A stretch of DNA of 64,000 bases from the human T2T-CHM13v2.0 reference genome, Homo sapiens: the NCBI RefSeq assembly GCF_009914755.1, contig NC_060929.1. One strand, given 5' to 3'. This document shows, one piece after another, positions 1 through 15,658 of this stretch; positions within the stretch are counted from its first letter, which is position 1, and the number at the start of each line of letters is the position of its first letter. The notes under the pieces were generated by a model that was given only the letters and a program-made list of their open reading frames with translations, searched no databases and had not been told where the DNA came from. Position numbers and translations under genes: made by a program.

Positions 1-107
1 GGGTCAGCCTGACTCTTGCTCTTTCTCAGATTTTAGACCCCAGACTTAGTACCTGAGCTTTAGCCTTTTCTCTCAAGACCAAGTCCCAGTCAGGTATTTC
101 TGCTCAC

Positions 108-425
108 ATTTCTTTTCTTGTTTTCTTTTTCTTTCTTCTCTTTTCTTTTCCTTTCTTTCTTTCTTTCTTTTTTTTTTTCTTTCTGAGATGGAGTTTTGCT
201 CTTGTGGCCCAGGCTGGAGTGCAGTGGCACGATCTTGGTTTACTGCAACCTCAGCCTCCTGGGCTCAAGTGATTCTCCTGCCTCAGCCTCCTGAATAGCT
301 GGGATTATAGGTGCCCTCCACCACACCCAGCTAATTTTTGTATATTTAGTAGAGATGGGATTTTGTCATGTTGGCCAGGCTGGTCTCAAACTCCTGATCT
401 CAGGCAATCCACCCACCTCAGCTTC
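108..425 (-). mobile_element. Alu (AluS-like), missing ~35 bp of its 5' end, T/C-rich tail
   Basis: Reverse Alu motifs gagatggagtttt...caggctggagtgcagtgg...gctgggattatagg...aggctggtctcaaactcctga; pyrimidine tail 108-183. Confidence 0.95.
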
Positions 426-1229
426 ATTTCAAGCCTGCAGTTTGAACTTCCCATCTTAAAACACTCCTCTGGATCCTGCAGGAAGTGCATGCCCCTAATC
501 CTGGTTTCAAGTCTTCTGTGCCCTCTGCAATCTGGCTTCTTGAATAGTAAGGGTAGGCAGAGCTGCTGTAACAAATAGACTTTAGCACGTAATGGCTCAT
601 CACTGTAGAAATTTCCTTGCTGATATGTATGGGGTGGAGCAACTGACTCTCCTCTACATGATCTTTGGGGAATTAAACTACTTTCACTTTGTGGCTCCAT
701 ATCCTTCTACCAGGGTGAGTAGAAGCATGAATAGTGTGTAATTGCTCTTCTCATATTTAATGTCAGTTCTTGGAGTCCAGGTTTGGTCAATCAGATGTCC
801 CTGCCTAGGATTTTGACTTTTAAGGGAGTGTGACCTGAAGATACTGGACTAATTAAGACCAATTCTGGCAACATCATCAGTGCCATTCAGTGGCCTGTGG
901 CAGCAACGTCTTAACCAAGCTGTTCATATAAAAACTTTGTGAGGTCCTGCCACTGCTAGTTTCCTATAGTCCCTCCTTTTCCATGCCAGGCTGTCCAGTC
1001 TTACCATTGATGTTGTGAGCTCTGAATATCACTCCATTTCCTTGTCTGCTTGAATTCATTGAATTCATAAGTATCAGTTTCTGGTATCTGAGCCAAGAAC
1101 TGTACTGGATTCACCTACCTCACAAGGGCTTCTGTGCAGATTCCATTAAATTAGAGATGGGGAAAAAGAAATGCTTCATTCATTTAAATGTTATGTCGGG
1201 GAAAAGAGATTAAAAGTAACTGCAGCACA

Positions 1230-3140
<1,911 letters not shown>

Positions 3141-3172
3141 TTATTGTTGTTTTTTAAAAGTATAAAAAAATT

Positions 3173-3470
<298 letters not shown>

Positions 3471-3757
3471 TTAAAGGAAGTTGCAACTTCAGACTCAGGA
3501 AGGTTGCCCAGAGGCCAGTGTCTAAAATACAACTATTACTGCAGTATCTCAAGTTATACATTTGAACCGTAGTATACAGATGACAAGACTGAGCTCTGAG
3601 AGAAACAGTAGGTTTCCCAAGGCCACAGGATGAGGAGAGCTGGGCTGTGAACCCAGCATGACAGCCGTGGATTCCCACGTTCTTTACTGTATCAACAGCA
3701 CATCCGCCTGCCTCTGGCTGGTTGCTGTGTTTGTATAGGCAGGATTCTTGCATGCGT

Positions 3758-3758
<1 letters not shown>

Positions 3759-3801
<43 letters not shown>
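3759..3801. repeat. (CA)~21 microsatellite
   Basis: Uninterrupted CA run. Confidence 0.98.
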
Positions 3802-3803
<2 letters not shown>

Positions 3804-5606
3804 AGTCTTCAGCTCCAGTGCAGTCGGCCTCGCAAATCACCTTCAAGCAGCCTCAGACCTGCAGGATTTGCATTGGCTTTCCTTCCATTCCAGTATGCCT
3901 CCGTCTCGCCTCTCGGCAGGCTGGGCAGCCATTTCCCAGCCAGCCTCCCCTAAGAGCTGCGTATGCTGCAAAGATACCCTGAAGCCTTTGTCTACATCCT
4001 TGCCGTCCTTGTCCAACTTCCACCCTGCAGTGGTAGGAAGGAGGAGGGTGCAGGAGGTGCTTGGCCAGGAGTAAAGGGGTAGAGGGAATGGGTGAAAGTG
4101 CTTCACCCTGGCAGGTGTGGCTGGGAAATTTCTCTTCCTAAGTGTGACACACACACAACGCTTAGCATAGCATCTGGCATGAGGGATGTGCTACAATTTT
4201 AGAGGTAGACATTTTATAGACAGTATGTGGTTGCTGGTAGGAGCCTACACTTAGATGCCTGCCCTATCTGCTCCATAAGCCAAGCTCACTTATTTTTATG
4301 CCATTTGAGAGCATTTATTCATTTATTCATTGAATATTTTCTGAATGCATCCTATGTGCTGTGAACCTGTCTGAGTAATACTATAGTCACAAGGGCATCA
4401 GGGATGACAGCGGCCAACAGGCTGTGTTTCTATTAGATCAGAGTTCACAGGCCAGTGTTTCCTGGGAATAAGTGGCTACTGAGTGACTAGATCTCAGGAC
4501 TCAGGGAAAGACCCTAAACGCTCCTTTTCACGTTACTGTGGGCTATAGTTCCACTATCTTAGCTCCAGGTTGTTGAATGTTATCCTTGAGCTATAGAGAA
4601 GGTATTGCAAAGAGGGGTGCGAGCCCCAGGGACTCCAAATGTCACACAACACCTGGCGGCTGGCCTAATGCTGAGCATGGTGGAAAGGCCTAGTTGCAAA
4701 CGCCTTTCCTGAACTTTCAAAATCATTTGCAAATGACCCTTCCCATCTTACTCCTCCAGTCCTAATTTTGTAGAATATCATCATAAACCTAGCAAGGAAT
4801 CTATGACAGGATGTGTTAAATCCAAGACTTAAATTAACAATAGCTACCATTGGCCACGCATCTACTGTGTGCCAGATGCTTCATGGTGAACTTTCTTGTA
4901 TGTAGTTTTGTTTCATTTTATCCTCACAAGAAGGTGATGTTAGGCTAGAAATATCAGACATGAGGCACATACCTTTGATTTGTGCATAAGGTCCAAACCC
5001 TGAATGATCTGATCCTGACATACTGACCTCATTTTTGCCCTGATGGAGAGAAAGAGGAAACTGGGCCGGGGGCGCGGGGGGGCGGTGCGGGGATATCGAG
5101 ATAACCAGGCCTGAGTGAGGACACAGTAGAGATAATTCTCAGGAGGACAGAGTGACGGAGGTGTAGGCACCATAAGCTGTTGGAATTGCAGCTGCAGAGG
5201 CACAGAATCTTGACACCAGTGTGGGGAGTCCCCTTCTATTGGAATCAGCTTGGGAGTCCCATAAATGCAGAAGGCAGCTGGCCTGACTCAATGAATGGCA
5301 ATGTCCACCAGGATAGTGGCACCTGCAGAGGCAGCAGCAGGGCCGAGGGAGCCTGCCAAGGAAGAGCCTTCCTAACAAGAAAAAGCATGTGTGCTGCTCG
5401 GGTGAGGCAGGGGAGGTTACCTCCCTGCCCTCTCAGTGATCCCAACTTAAGTCTGGCTCTCAAGGCCAGATGATGTGTCTCATTCCTGATGTTGCTTAAA
5501 ACTATTCAACCAATGACAATTTAGGAACTCAACATTTAATTCACTTTGTCCTTTTTACATGAAAAAAAAAAGAAAACATAAGGCTAGGACACATATTTGA
5601 GATTTG

Positions 5607-5764
5607 TTTTTTACTTATAGACAGGGTCTTGCTCTACTGCCCAGGCTGGAGTGCAATAATGCAATCATAGCTCACTGCAGCCTCCAACTCCTGAGCTCAC
5701 TCAATCCTCCTGCCTCAGCCTCCTGAGTAGCTGAGATTACAGGCATCAACCACCACACCAGGCT
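5607..5764 (-). mobile_element. Free Alu monomer (FRAM/FAM-like)
   Basis: Single Alu arm; decayed TSD catatttgagatttg (5592) / catattggagattta (5766). Confidence 0.85.
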
Positions 5765-5773
5765 CCATATTGG

Positions 5774-5865
5774 AGATTTATTTTTTTCCCCAGAAGCCAA
5801 ACGATGGAAAGGTGCCAAAGATTATCTTTTTCCCCAGAAGCCATACGATGGAAAGGTGCCAAAGA
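5774..5865. repeat. Two-copy 44-bp tandem duplication
   Basis: ccccagaagcca(a/t)acgatggaaaggtgccaaaga starts at 5788 and 5832. Confidence 0.95.
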
Positions 5866-6339
5866 CAGTTCTGCAATGTGAGGAATGACCCTTCCACTTC
5901 TGTCCTTTTCACAAAAGTCATCCAGGCAACAGGTGGGAATGAGGAAGTAGATGTAACCACGGGAACAGGAAGAGAATGGGTCGCTGTTGCTTATAACTCA
6001 TTGAAGGGCCTGCTGGCTATATGGAAATAGAGGCCCATCAACAGGGAAAGTTTATGGGAACTGACATGGCAGCAAGAGAGACAGGACATAGGAACACTGC
6101 GTGACACAGGAATGGGGCAGTGTGGTCCTTGCACCCACAGCAGCGTATCCTAAGTGTGTTAACCAGCCCTACCTCCTTCCCCTTGCGTCTCACTGTATGC
6201 TTTAGATGTGTTCCAGAAACTCCACAGTTTGAGCATCTTCATTTGGTCCATCGGCTTTTCTATCTGGTGGCCTCTCAGAGAGCCTGTCAGGCATCATACT
6301 TGAAGGCTACCATTGCATCGATGGAATATCTCTCCCCAA

Positions 6340-6880
6340 CACTTAAAAACAGGAACTGGATGAAGTGGCTCCCCTGTTTAGACACTTCCGGTGGTGCCCA
6401 TTGCATTCATTGCAAAAGGTAACCTTCTTAATGTGGTGGTGAAGGCATGAACAAGCTCCCTGCCTGCCTCTCAGCCTCACCTCTTGCTGTGCCTTCTGTC
6501 TTGCTCAATGCCTATTAACACACGGGCACCCTTTGAGCTAATCCCTTCCTGCCCCTTCCAGTTCCAGACATTTGCAGCCACCATCCTCCCTTGCAGAAAG
6601 CACCCCTCCCACCTTCACCCGGTTCTTTCTGCTCCTCTTTGGTCAGGGAGTTCTGACCCATCTGGGTCAGGCTGCAGAATGTTGTGTTCTTATTGCAGCA
6701 TTTAGCACAATTTATAATTTCTATATTTGCCTGTTTAATGTCTCTCTCCTCTACTAGATTTAAGCTCAAGTGAGACCAGAGACCATGCCTACCTTTTTCT
6801 GGCATGGTCCCCATCACATGGCACAGCCTGTGCTGTGATCAGCACTCCATAAGTATCTATTGCATTAACAAATACATAAG
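6340..6880 (+). mobile_element. L2 3' end relic
   Basis: tagatttaagctc...gagaccatgcct...gcacagcctgtgc...cactccataagtatctattg resembles the L2 terminus. Confidence 0.6.
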
Positions 6881-9800
6881 TGAGCCCCTGCCATCTACTA
6901 TCTGCAAAGTATTTTACATGCATGTTCTCAAACCTCAATGCTGGAAGCTCAGAGAGGGGAAGACACTTGCTGCATGTTTCCCAGCTGGTAAACAACAGAA
7001 CCAGGATTCTAACCTAGGTATGTCGAACCCCAAGGCCTTGTTCTTAACCATGGGCATACCCATTCAGAAGGGGTCAGAGCTGCTGGGAGCCTGAGACCTG
7101 ATCAGCTTGTGGAACAGGAAGCCGTGAGGCTGAGTCAACAGAGAATGCCTCTCTGTCCTCTGGAACACTCTCTCCAGATCCTCCCGTGTGTGGCTGCAGC
7201 TCAACATTCAGGTCTATTATGTGTATTTCTTCCACTAATAAGAACATTCAATTTTGATTTACTGAGAATAAAAGAAAAAAAGAAATAAAGCGGTGGGGTG
7301 AAACTACATAAGAACAGTAAGTAAGCAAGAAGCTCATGAGCTGCGTTAGACAAAGCGGAAGTGAGTAGAGCATCTGTGTGTGACCAGGGGGAGAAAAGGG
7401 TAAAGGGACACAAGAGCACCCAATCGTAAATATCCATGGGCACTCAATGTCCATACGGTCTCAAATCGCCCACCATTAGTGACACCCTTTCTGGCCAAAT
7501 GTATCCTGTGTCCAAAACCCTCAGAGAGAAACACTAACTTCCACTGGCAAGCCACAGCTCAGGCCAGGTGGCCTGGCCTGCCACCTCTCAGGAAGAACAA
7601 GCGTGCTGGCTCCAGGCACCTCCCACCTCAGTTCTGGCACCTCCAGGCCCTCAGTTCTGGTCTATAACCTCACCATCAGCAGAGCAGGCTGACAAGACAG
7701 AAAGAGGGGGAGAGAGAAAGACAGGATGTAGAAGCGTTGCATGGCCCAGAACACAGACAGTGTGTGGGCTTTTGCCCCGTGGCATCCTGTCCTAAGTGTA
7801 GTAACCAACCTTCTTTCTTCCCCTTGTTTCTCAGTGTATATTTTAGATCAATTTAGTAAACCATGTGGTTGAGCATCATTGTTTGGTCCATGAGTCTTTC
7901 TGTTTCATGGCCTCTGGGAGAGCCTGCCTGGCAGTATACCTGGGGGCTACCATTGCACCAAGGATGCTCCCCCATGAAAAGGTCTCAGCTCAAATGTCAC
8001 CACCTCAGTGAGGCTTCCCCAGCCTCCCTAGCTCCTCTCCCTCTACCTCATTCACTACTCCATCGCTTGCTTTATTTTCTTGGTCCACTCTCTCACATCT
8101 TATCTATGGAGTCAATGTATGCATTTCCTTGTGTTTTGCTGCCCAGCCGCCCTGGAAAGTAGGCTCCATGAGAGCAAGAGGTTTGCCTTCTGACTGCTGG
8201 GTCCACAGAGCCCAGAACTCAACCTGGCACACAGGAGATGCTCCATGTAGAAGTGGCCACTCAATGCACTCAGCAAGGAGGCCGTAGCACTTCCCATGCA
8301 CCATGACTGTGCCAGGGTAGGGCGCTAACGTGAATAAGCTGTTCTCGGCCCTAGGGACTTGAGGTTGAGAGGTGGTGAGAAGAGACCCACACGCCACAAG
8401 CAGATGATGATTCCATCACAGAAGGAGAGGAGGAGGCCTGGAGGAAGGCTTGTCTCATCCTAGCAACCAGAGGTTTTCTCTCCTGGTGTGGCCCAGGAAA
8501 GTGAGAAGACGTTTCCTTCCAGCTATAGTCATGGAGCCACAAAGTCGGGATTCAAGGCAAATTAGGCTGCTGATTTGTATGTTAAACAAGGTTAATTCCA
8601 TCCATTAGCCAAAGATGTTTTCAAAGCGCCTGGCACAAGAGCGAGGAGCAATTAGTGTCTTTGTATTAGTGGATGTGGGCGTGGGGCCAGGACGTTAAGG
8701 GGAGGGGGATGCAATTTCTGCACTCTTTATGATATCATCAAAAGTAAATGAATTATGAAAACAAAAGAGGCAATATGAGGCTGCCAGTACTAATTACTGG
8801 GTAGGACAGAAAGTTCACAGTGAAGGAGGAAAGAATGATCAGAGAAGGACAAGGATACGGATCATCTGGCCTGCAGGTGTCTTTAGACAAGGTGGGGCTT
8901 CCGTGACTCCACCTTCCAATTTCAGGGAAAAGCTCTGCTTTTGCTCCAAATAAAGAAGCTGGATCGTGAGGAGTGATTTCAGCTGTTGTTTTTTGGTTTT
9001 GGCTTTGGTTTTTAATTTTCTTTCTGGTCTTAGCCTTAACAATGCTGGACAAACTAATCAACTCGATTCAGAGGCGACTTTAGGCCTTCAGAGAAGTTAA
9101 CTAATAACAACCCTGGAGCTGGTTGCTTTGAGAAATGACCACAGAGCTGGTTGCTTTGGTAATCATAATATTTCCCCTCAATAAAGGGCTGGCCACTCTC
9201 TGCCATGCACTACAGGGTAGGATCTGATACAGTCCACAGAGCCAGTCTCAGGGGTAGATGGAGGCAGTGGGCTGACACTGATATGGAAAAGATTGTTTTA
9301 CGGGTGCTGAGGGGCATGTATGTGACTTTAAAGGATGTCAAACTTACCCAACAGAAAATTATTTCTCTTTCATTTTCCTTCCAGTTCTTCTGATTAGATC
9401 AAGGAAAAGGATTCAGTTAGGCGCTAGCCTGTCTTAACACCTCCCTCAGCAACTGATAGGCATATTTTTAAATAGAAGTCTGGCAGACAATGGCATCAAG
9501 CTAAAATTTAATATCCTTTTGTTTTTAAAGTTTTAATTTGTACAATTGCCTTCTGTTAACATAAAATGATTATGTTTTTCCATTTATGGTAATGATATAA
9601 AGTTTTATGCAAAAATAGTGAATTGATTTTTTTAAACTTTTAAGTACATAATTCTATGAATGATATGATAATACAGCAGAAATTATGAAAGTGGTGCTTG
9701 AATAACTGACATCTGAAAAACACCTGTGTAAAGGAAGGAGTACTGGCCAGAGGGACAAGGAGGACAAACTCTTAGGTCCTCTTCCACTGCTGTGTAATCT

Positions 9801-10569
9801 TGGGCAAGTCACAACCTCTCTGGGCCTCAGTTTCCCCAAACATGCAATGCCAGTTGAACAAGATGCTGTCTCAGAGATGAACAAGCCATGATAGAATATT
9901 TCTTCTATCCTCAGAGTTTAGTTGAGAAAATTGAGGCCCAGAAAGGGCCAGAACGGTCCTGGCACACAGTAGGTGACCAACAAGCTGGTCACTTCCTCCC
10001 TTTCTGCTCTCCCTCCCTCCCCTTCTGCTCTCCCTCCCTCCCCTCCTGATCTTGCCAGCCACTAGAGAGAGAACTCTGTGTCACCCATGGATAGAAGTTC
10101 CACAAACACCGACAAGGGAAAACTAAGGGGCAATTTCATTGAAACAACAAGTTATTTTGAAAACTATTGGTCCCTGTTACAGTTGATTGTTTGGAAACCA
10201 AGAGATGTGTGTCCCACACAGAAAATTTCTGGGAAATGTTACCAGTCTTTAAAAACATTTGGTAACAGTAACTGTTTTCAAAATAATTGGCTGTACTACA
10301 GGCAGAGGGGGAAAAGAAGTCAGGAGAAGTGCACTGTATATAGAAAATTGGTAATAAGGGGCATGAAGTTTCAGAGCTGGGGGTTGGAGTGACATTTTAC
10401 GTTATGATTCCATTTTCATATATTACTTTTTGTAATTGAAGGAAAAGACCCAAACAACATAGCCTACATATTTTTATATATTTCTAATGTTTGGGGAACA
10501 GTTTGGGTGGTACGGTATCTTCAAAAGGGATAAAAACTCAAATATTTCTGAGGTTCACATAGAAAATGT

Positions 10570-10830
10570 AATGAATAAGCCTAAATAAATAAAGCAGGCA
10601 GATAGAAATGGGGGAATTGAGGGGGACCAGCAAGCTTCAAACAATTGCAACATTTGGAATGTGGGCCCAGAGATGTCAGCTCATTCCATTGTTCCCCCAC
10701 TCAAAAAAAAAAAAAAAATGAAATCCAAATTTTAATGTGAAACCTTCCATTCTTTTACTGGTAGCTTACATCTTAAAGACTGAATGTTAATTAAACAAAC
10801 TGACCTGAAGATCACCAGTTGGAAGTGTCT
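10570..10830 (-). mobile_element. MER102-like hAT-Charlie relic
   Basis: ggaatgtgggcccagagatgtcag...aaatccaaattttaatgtgaaacc resembles reverse MER102. Confidence 0.5.
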
Positions 10831-11703
10831 CCAAATCCCTTTAAATCCATTCAGAGGCTCCACTTTCGGCCCCTGGGGAGGTGAAGCATGGCTCAATCTC
10901 TCCATGAACTTTCTTGCTTCTTCAATTTACAGCGGGGTAGGGGAATCTCTGGTGATTATCTAGATGTGCGCTCCTCTGTGTGCCCACATTTCTAGTGCCC
11001 CAGCTTCCAAACTAGCCCCTTTCACCCTGGGGTGCCATTGCTGTCCTACTCTCTATTTCCCCTCTCGGGCTGTGAGTGCCACAAGGGCTGAGCCTTGGGG
11101 GCTCACCTCTGTCTCCTGGCATCTGCATACAGTAGGTGCATAGTAAAGCTCTGCGGAGTGCATGAGCAAATAAATAAAGAGAGAATAAATGAGTTGCTTA
11201 AGGGGAACTTAATTGAACTCAGATTAATGTAGTGGATGAAGGGAAAAAAAAATCATGGAATTATGGGTGTGTCTGTCTTCATGTCTGGGCCAAGTGTCTT
11301 TCCTAATAGGCCTACTTAGTGTTTCACCTTTGAATGCCTCTAGACAAGAATTTCCCTAAACATAGTCTGTAGATGTTACATGGAAAAAGACCCATTCTCA
11401 CAGAAGTTTTGAAAATCTTAGACATGCTTTTTAAATTGCAGGACTTCTCTGAGCCCTTAAATGCTGATGATTTCCCAGCCTTATTTCATCTTTTGATTGA
11501 TGAGTAACTACTGGGACAAGTGCTCCAGGGTAAACAATTTCTAAAATGCTGTTCTAGGAAACGATAAGCCTAAGATCAAAAAATATATGCTTGTGTTATT
11601 CTCAGCTCTTAATCAAACCGCCAGCTCTCACTTGTCAAAGCCAAGGCCTCAAGTTTGGCTGGAATGGCATGGCAGGGCCAGAAACAAGACACCAGCCCCC
11701 AAC

Positions 11704-11857
11704 TTTTTTTTTTTAAATTTATTTTAAATTCAGGGGTTACATGTGCAGGCTTGTTACACGGGTATATTGTGTGATGCTGAGGTTTGGGCCTCTATGGATC
11801 CCATCACCCAAGTAGTGAACATAGCACCTGATAGGCAGTTTTTCAACACTTACTCCC
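11704..11857 (-). mobile_element. Short L1PA/L1PB 3'-end fragment
   Basis: Poly-T then caggggttacatgtgcaggcttgttacacgggtatattgtgtgatgctgaggtttggg. Confidence 0.85.
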
Positions 11858-11979
11858 GACTTGTTCATGTCCAGGGATGTTCCTGCAGCATTATTTCATG
11901 GAGCTAGGTTAGGCGTATGTTCTTACTACCATTTTATGGGTGAGACAACTGAGGCTCTGGGAAATTAAGAAGTAACCAT

Positions 11980-14900
11980 TTTTAAAAATTGTGGTAAAAT
12001 AAATATAACATGAAATCTACCATTTTAACCATTTTTAAGTGTACGATTTAGTGGCATTAAATCCACTTATGGTGTTGCACAACCATCACCACTATCCATT
12101 TCCAGAACTTTTCATCATCCCAAAGAGAATCCCAAATTCTGTATCCATTAAATAGTAATTCCCCATTCACACCTCCTCCAGCTCCTGATAACCACTAATT
12201 TACTTTCTTCTTTATAAATTGACTATTCTAGGCACTTCATATACAGTATTTGTCCTTTTGTGTCTGGCTTATTCCACTTAGCAAATTGTTTCAAAGGTTC
12301 ATCCATGTTGTAGCATGTATCAGAATTTCATTCCTTTTTACAGCTGAATAACATTCCATTGTATGGCTATAGCAGTTTGTTTATCCATTTATCCCTTAAT
12401 GAACATTTGGGTTGTTTTCACCTTTTAGCTATTGTGAACACTACTGCTATGAACATTGATGTACAAGTATTTGTTCAAGTCCCTGCTAGTAATTCTTTTG
12501 AATATATATCTAGGAGTGGAATTGCTGGTCATGTGTTTAATTTTTTCGGGAATTGCCACACCTTTTTCCACTATGGCTACCTTGTTTTACATTCCCACCA
12601 GCAATGCGTAAGTGTTCCAATTTTTCCCATCTTCGTCAACACTTGGTGTTTTCTGTTTTTTTTTTTAATTTATTATAGCCATAGGTAGGAAGTGGTATCT
12701 TCTTGTAGTTTTGATTTGCAATTTCCTAATGATTCGTGATGCTAAGCATCTTTTCATGTGTGATATGGTTTGGCTCTGTGCCCCACCAAAATCTCATTTT
12801 GAATTCTACTCCCATAATTCCCACATGTTGTAGGAGGGACCCAGTGGGAGATAATTGAATCATGGGGGCAGTTTCCCCCATACTGTTCTCATGGTAGCGA
12901 ATAAGTCTCATAAGATCTGATGGTTTGGTAAGGGGTTTCCACTTTTGCTTCTCTCTCATTCTCTCTTTCCACCACCATGTAAGAGGTGCCTTTTGCCTTC
13001 TGCCATGATTGTGAGGCCACCCCAGCCACGTGGAACTGTGAGTCCATTAAACCTATTTTTCTTCCCTGTCTCAGGTGTGTCTTTATCAGCAGCATAAAAG
13101 TGGACTAACACAGTAAATTGGTACCAGGAGTGGGGTGCTGCTGAAAAGATACCCGAAAATGTGGAAGCAACTTTGGAACTGGGTAACAGGCAGAGGTTGG
13201 AAGAGTTTGGAGGGCTCAGAAGAAGGCGGGAAAATGTGGGAAAGTTTGGAACTTCCTAGAGACTTGTTGAATGGCTTTACCCCAAATGCTGGTAATGATA
13301 TGGACAATAAAGTCCAGGCTGAGGTGATCTCAGATGGAAATGAGGAAGCTGTTGGGAACTGAAGCAAAGGTGACTCTTGCTATGTTTTAGCAAAGAGATT
13401 GGCAGCATTTTGCCCCTGCCCTGGAGATTTGTGGGACTTTGATCTTGAGAGAGATGATTTGGGGTATCTGGCAAAGAAATTTCTAAGCAGCAAAGCATTC
13501 AAGAGGTGACTTGGGTGCTGTTAAAGGCATTCTGTTTTATAAAGGAAGCAGAGCATACAAGTTCAGAAAATGTGCAGCCTGACCATGCAATAGAAAAGAA
13601 AATCCCATTTTCTGAGGAGAAATTCAAGCTGGCTGCAGAAATTTGCATAAGTAACAAGAAGCCGAATGTTAATCCCCCAGACAATAGGGAAACTGTCTCC
13701 AGGGCATGTCAGAGGTCTTCACGACAGCCCCTTCCATCACAGGCCCTGAGGCCTAGGAGGAAAAAATGGTTTTGTGGGCCAGGTCCAGGGTCTCCATGCT
13801 GTGTGCAGCCTAGGGACTTGGTGCCCTGCATCCCAGCTGCTCCAGTTGTGGCTGAAAGGGGCCAAAATAGAGCTCAGGCCATGGCTTCAGAGGGTGCAAG
13901 TCCCGAGTCTTGGCAGCTTCCACGTGGTGTTGAGCCTGTGAGTGCATAGAAGTCAATAACTGGGATTTGGAAACCTCCACCTGGATTTCAGAAGAGGTAT
14001 GGAAACGCCTGGATACCGAGGCAGAAGTTTGCTGCAGGGGTAGGGACCTCATGAAGAACCTCTTCTAGGGCAGTGTGGAAGGGAAATGTGGGATCCGAGC
14101 CCCCACACAGAGTCTCTACTAGGGCACCACTTAGTGGAGCTGTGAGAAAAAGGCCACTGTCCTCCAGACCCCAGAATGGTAGATCCACCAACAGCTTGCA
14201 CCATTTACCTGGAAAAGCCACAAACACTCAATGCCAGCCTGTGAAAGCAACCAGGAGGGAGGCTGTACCCTGCGAAGCCACAGGGGCAGAGCTGCCCAAG
14301 ACCATGGGAATCCAGCTCTTGCATCAGCATGACCTGGATGTGAAACATGGAGTCAAAGAGATCATTTTGGAGCTTTAAGATTTTACTGCCCTGCTGGGTT
14401 TCAGACTTGCATGGGGCCTGTAGCCCCTTTGTTTTGGTCAATTTCTCCCATTTGGAATGGCTGTATTTACCAATGCCTGTACCCCCATTGTATCTAGGAA
14501 GTAACTAACTTGCTTTTGATTTTACAGGCTCATAGGTGGGAGGGACTTGTCTTGTAGCAGATGAGACTTTGAACTGTGGACTTTTGAGTTAATGCTAAAA
14601 TGAGTTAAGACATTGCGGGACTGTTGGGAAGACATGATTGATTTTGAAATGTGAGGACGTGAGATTTGGGAGGAGCCAGGGGCAGAAAGATATGGTTTGG
14701 CTCTGTGGCCTGACCCAAATCTCATCTTGAATTCTACTCCCATAATTCCCACATGCCGTGGGAGGAACACACTGGGAGATAGTTGAATCATGGGGACAGT
14801 TTCCCTCCTGCTGTTCTCGTGGTAGTGAAAAAGTCTCATGAGATCTGATGGTTTCGTAAGAGGTTTCCGCTTTCGCTTCTCTCTCATTCTCTCTTGCTGC

Positions 14901-15658
14901 AGCCATGTAAGAGGTGCCTTTTGCTTTCTCCCATGATTGTGAGACCTCCCAACCACATGGAACTGTGAGTCCATTAAACCTCTTTTTCTTCCTAGTCTCA
15001 GGTATGTCTTTATCAGCAGCATGGAAACAGACTAATACAATGTGCTTATTGCTCATCTGAATACCTTCTTTTGAAAAATGTCTATTTGAATGCTTTGCAC
15101 ACTTTTGAAGTGGATTGTTTGTTTTTATGCTGTGGAGTTATAGGAGTTCTCTATATATTTTTGATATTATTAGATTACTTGATACTCTGATATTAGTTAA
15201 TAATCTGATAATATGCAAAATATGTAGAGAACTCCTATAACTCCTATATCAAGCAATTATAAATTACAGATATAATTTGCAAATATTTTCTCCCTTTCTG
15301 TGAATTGTCTTTCCCATCTCTTGCTAGTGTCTTCTGATACACAAAGGGTTTTAATTCTGATGAAGCCCGGTTTATCTATTTTTTCTTTTATTACCTGTGC
15401 TTTTCATGTCATAGCTAAGAAATCATTACTAAATCCAGTATCATGAAGATATTCTCCCATCTTCTTTCTTAAGAGCTTTAGCTCTTACTTTTATGTCTTT
15501 GATCCATTTTTGAAGTAAATTTTGTATATAGTATGAGGTATACAACTTCATTCTTTTGCATGTGGATATCCAAGTTTTAAAACATCATTTGTTGAAGAGA
15601 CTGTCTTTTCCCCCATTGTGTGGTCTTGGCACCCTTGATGAAAATCAATTGACCAAAT
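11980..15658 (-). mobile_element. L1MB-like 3' UTR/ORF2 end, split by a THE1 provirus (L1 parts 11980-12760 and 15045-15658)
   Basis: gtggtaaaat...cattttaaccatttttaagtgtac...; gcatcttttcatgtg|cttattgctcat is continuous across the THE1. Confidence 0.9.
12761..15039 (+). mobile_element. Complete THE1 (ERVL-MaLR) element: 5' LTR 12761-13112, internal 13113-14687, 3' LTR 14688-15039; THE1A/C-like
   Basis: Two ~352-bp LTRs (t/a)gatatggtttggct...actaa(c/t)aca, each with ATTAAA; polypurine tract gggaggagccaggggcagaa before the 3' LTR; perfect TSD ATGTG at 12756-12760 and 15040-15044. Confidence 0.97.

Noticed and set aside
9116-9158. 15-bp direct repeat gagctggttgctttg with a 28-bp period; similar micro-duplications near 10.0, 20.4, 33.05, 33.49 and 60.12 kb
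   Set aside because: Ordinary slippage duplications with no further structure.
13135-14378. ORFs inside THE1
   Set aside because: Broken MaLR internal-region remnants; no intact reading frame.
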